This document shows positions 47,799 to 50,368 of a stretch of DNA of 50,368 nt, piece after piece (position 1 is the first letter of the stretch; each line of letters begins with the position of its first letter). A program made the translations under genes and the position numbers. The stretch comes from Ferruginibacter sp. GTDB taxonomy: Bacteria; Bacteroidota; Bacteroidia; Chitinophagales; Chitinophagaceae. The notes under the pieces were generated by a model, which had not been told where the DNA came from, searched no databases, and saw nothing but the letters and a program-made list of their open reading frames with translations. The stretch covers positions 1 through 50,368 of the forward strand of contig JAURKN010000112.1 in assembly GCA_030831725.1 (NCBI GenBank), given 5' to 3'.

Positions 47799-49022
47799 GT
47801 GAACAACAAAACATATCACTCCCCTTTTAACATCGCCGTATTGGCAGCCGGACTCGGATTCTTCATCGATGCTTTCGATCTTTTTCTTTTTAATGTTTAT
47901 CGAATCCCTTCGCTCAAAGAATTAGGATTGACAGGCACTGAACTGACTCGGGTTGGAGAATGGCTCTTGTCTGTTCAAATGCTTGGTATGATGGTTGGCG
48001 GAATCTTATCGGGCGTTATTGCAGATAAAAAAGGTAGGGTTACCGTGATGTTCGGTTCCATTTTATTATACTCCGTTTCGAATCTGGCAAACGGATTTGT
48101 CAATGACGTGACCACCTATGCCATAATCCGTTTTTTTGCAGGCGTTGGGCTGGCAGGAGAACTGGGTGCAGGAATCACTTTGGTTGGCGAAAGCATGAGC
48201 ATCAAACAAAGAGGATATGGAACAATCCTTGTGGCCACGTTGGGTGCTCTTGGTGCCATCACAGCCGGCTTGTCTGGCGCTTTCCTTCCATGGCGCGAAG
48301 CATTCATAGTCGCCGGTGTTGCAGGCTTTCTGTTGCTTTTTGTTCGTGTCAAAAGCATGGAATCTTCGCTTTTTGAATCGGTCAAACAAAAATCGGCATC
48401 AAAAGGCTCTCTGATTTTGCTGCTGTCTGATAAAAAACGAATGGCAAAATACCTGGCTTGTATTGCCATGGGTGTACCCATCTGGTACAGCGTGGGCTTG
48501 TTGATCACCTTATCGCCTGAATTGGCTGAACTTCACAATATCAGCGGATTGAAACTGTCTGTCTGCTTTATACTTTTTCAATGTGGTATTGCCTCGGGAG
48601 ACCTCAGTTCCGGATTGATCAGCCAATGGCTTAAGTCGAGAAAATGGGTGATTTTTGGATTTATGATGTTGGGTGTTTTAGCGACCGTTTTTCATTTCAG
48701 CAGAATCTTCCATGGATATGACCTATCCGTCACTTCTTTTATAATGGGCCTTGGTTGCGGATACCTCTCAGTTTTTGTAACCACAACCGCCGAGCATTTC
48801 GGTACGAATTTGAGGGTAACGGTAACGGCTACCGTAACCAATTTCATGCGCGGAGCGGTCACCCTGCTGATTCCTTTTCATCAATGGATAGAAAAACAGT
48901 TCGATTGGAGTCTGAGCACCGGACTTGCGGTTACCGGCATGTTTGTATGGACCCTCGCCATCATCTCCGTAGTGTCACTCCCTGAAACCTATGGAAAATC
49001 TATGGACTATCTGGAAGAATAA
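47799..49022 (+). CDS. MFS transporter
   Basis: About 12 TM; GFFIDAFD, motif A GVIADKKGR, GLAGELGAG, EHFGTNLR, LPETYG. Confidence 0.92.
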   Translation: MNNKTYHSPFNIAVLAAGLGFFIDAFDLFLFNVYRIPSLKELGLTGTELTRVGEWLLSVQMLGMMVGGILSGVIADKKGRVTVMFGSILLYSVSNLANGFVNDVTTYAIIRFFAGVGLAGELGAGITLVGESMSIKQRGYGTILVATLGALGAITAGLSGAFLPWREAFIVAGVAGFLLLFVRVKSMESSLFESVKQKSASKGSLILLLSDKKRMAKYLACIAMGVPIWYSVGLLITLSPELAELHNISGLKLSVCFILFQCGIASGDLSSGLISQWLKSRKWVIFGFMMLGVLATVFHFSRIFHGYDLSVTSFIMGLGCGYLSVFVTTTAEHFGTNLRVTVTATVTNFMRGAVTLLIPFHQWIEKQFDWSLSTGLAVTGMFVWTLAIISVVSLPETYGKSMDYLEE

Positions 49023-49048
49023 TCTTATTTGACAACACTTGAATCATT

Positions 49049-49846
49049 ATGGAAAATTATCTTGAAATCAACAAGTCCGCATGGAATAAGAAAGTGCCTG
49101 TTCATCTTGTATCTGAATTTTATGACCATGAGAACTTTCTAAAAGGGAAACAATCTCTGAAAGAAATTGAATTAGGACTGTTGGGTGATGTTCAGGGTAA
49201 AAAAATTTTGCACCTGCAGTGTCATTTTGGACAAGACAGCATTTCAATGGCAAGAATGGGGGCCGAAGTTACGGGAGTAGATTTTTCGGAAAAAGCCATT
49301 GATACTGCCATACAAACGGCAAAAATGTTGAATCTTGATGTGCAATTTATTTGTTGTGATGTTTATCAACTTCAAGAAAAACTGAATGAAACATTCGATG
49401 TGGTTTTTGCGACGTACGGCACGATAGGATGGTTGCCCGATATGGAACGGTGGGCGAAATTAATCTGTGATTTTCTGAAACCCTCAGGCAAATTGGTTTT
49501 TGCAGAATTTCATCCCGCGGTTTGGATGCTCAATGACGAATTTTCAGAAATATCCTATTCCTATTTCAATACCGGTCCGATTGTGGAAACCTATTCAGGA
49601 TCGTATGCCGATAAAAAAGCAGACCTTAAAGAAGAGTATGTGATGTGGAACCATTCCATATCAGAAGTGTTGGGGGCTTTGCTTGCTCATGGTTTAGCAA
49701 TCACCCAGTTTCATGAATACGATTTTTCTCCTTATCCATGTTTCAACAACACCATCGAGACTGAACCAGACAGATTCATGATCAGGGGCTTGGAGAAAAA
49801 ATTACCGATGGTTTATGCATTTGTTGCAGAAGTAAAAAGAGGATAG
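49049..49846 (+). CDS. Class I SAM-dependent methyltransferase
   Basis: LHLQCHFGQD, GVDFS, GWLPD, EFHP. Confidence 0.9.
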   Translation: MENYLEINKSAWNKKVPVHLVSEFYDHENFLKGKQSLKEIELGLLGDVQGKKILHLQCHFGQDSISMARMGAEVTGVDFSEKAIDTAIQTAKMLNLDVQFICCDVYQLQEKLNETFDVVFATYGTIGWLPDMERWAKLICDFLKPSGKLVFAEFHPAVWMLNDEFSEISYSYFNTGPIVETYSGSYADKKADLKEEYVMWNHSISEVLGALLAHGLAITQFHEYDFSPYPCFNNTIETEPDRFMIRGLEKKLPMVYAFVAEVKRG

Positions 49847-49978
49847 AGCAACAGATTCTGATTTCGTTCTCTATCTTTTCCTTTAGTACCAAGTCTAAGA
49901 TCACTTATTTAGAAATGAGGCATAAAAAAGAATCTACCATTTCCCTCCCTATCTTTGTTTCGGAATACGAAAAAAACA

Positions 49979-50368
49979 ATGACCCATCCGATTGAACAAT
50001 TCAAAACGAAGAGCGCTTCCAAAGCCATCGACCTTTTGCATCGCCAGAAGATCCTGTTCAATATCGGCAAATATGACCGAGCGGTTGTTGAAGGGAAAAA
50101 ACAATTCCAACATCTTGATGCGGCAAGGGAAAAAGCAAAGAACACAAAATGGAGGGCAATCGAACAATTGGATAGGATGCTCGAAGATTTTGAAAGAAAT
50201 TTTGTTTCCCGCGGAGGTCGTGTCATATGGGCGGAAAATGCAAAACAAGCCACCGATGCGATTTTGGCTATTTGCAAAGAGAAAAGATGCCGTTCCGTTG
50301 TGAAAAGCAAAAGCATGGTAACGGAAGAAATTCATTTGAATGAGATTTTGGAGGAGAATGACATCGAA
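49979..50368 (+). CDS. lutB: Lactate utilization Fe-S protein LutB/LldF/YkgF, N-terminal part (3' truncated; absent from the ORF track)
   Basis: Manual translation MTHPIEQFKTKSASKAIDLLHRQKILFNIGKY...RGGRVIWAENA...VVKSKSMVTEEIHLNEILE; TATCTTTG element at 49950-49957. Confidence 0.88.
   Translation, partial: MTHPIEQFKTKSASKAIDLLHRQKILFNIGKYDRAVVEGKKQFQHLDAAREKAKNTKWRAIEQLDRMLEDFERNFVSRGGRVIWAENAKQATDAILAICKEKRCRSVVKSKSMVTEEIHLNEILEENDIE

Noticed and set aside
49909-50335. Three short ORFs listed at the window end
   Set aside because: They are shadows of the truncated lutB frame starting at 49979.

Overview
A gene-dense, mostly housekeeping 50-kb chromosomal segment from a Bacteroidota genome, most likely Chitinophagaceae-like. 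The assignment is inferred from TAnnTTTG-type -7 promoter elements, A-rich start contexts without Shine-Dalgarno sequences, and gldA, RprY-like, DUF6089 and group II GGGP synthase genes. About 45 CDSs are present, including ruvB, icmF, rsmA, pdxA, radA, comF, holB, ricT, gldA, eno, nth, korA, dacB, mutL, a GH3/serine-hydrolase fusion, acs, queA and kbl, plus partial recQ and lutB at the edges. I saw no rRNA, tRNA, CRISPR array, transposase, integrase or phage genes. The most interesting signal is non-coding. Two near-identical ~64-nt elements 9.47 kb apart (543-606 and 10010-10073, minus strand) each have a -7 promoter-like octamer and an intrinsic terminator, and all their differences preserve base pairing in the stem. 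They look like paralogous small RNAs whose 5' region is antisense to a generic A-rich/AUGAAAAA translation-start context. A third, unrelated promoter-short RNA-terminator unit lies at about 18881-18941. Also notable are two orphan MauG/MbnH-type di-heme enzymes, a LolA-like/ABC exporter operon, a RicT with a low-complexity tail, and korA without an adjacent korB. All gene calls come from motif recognition; no database searches were run.
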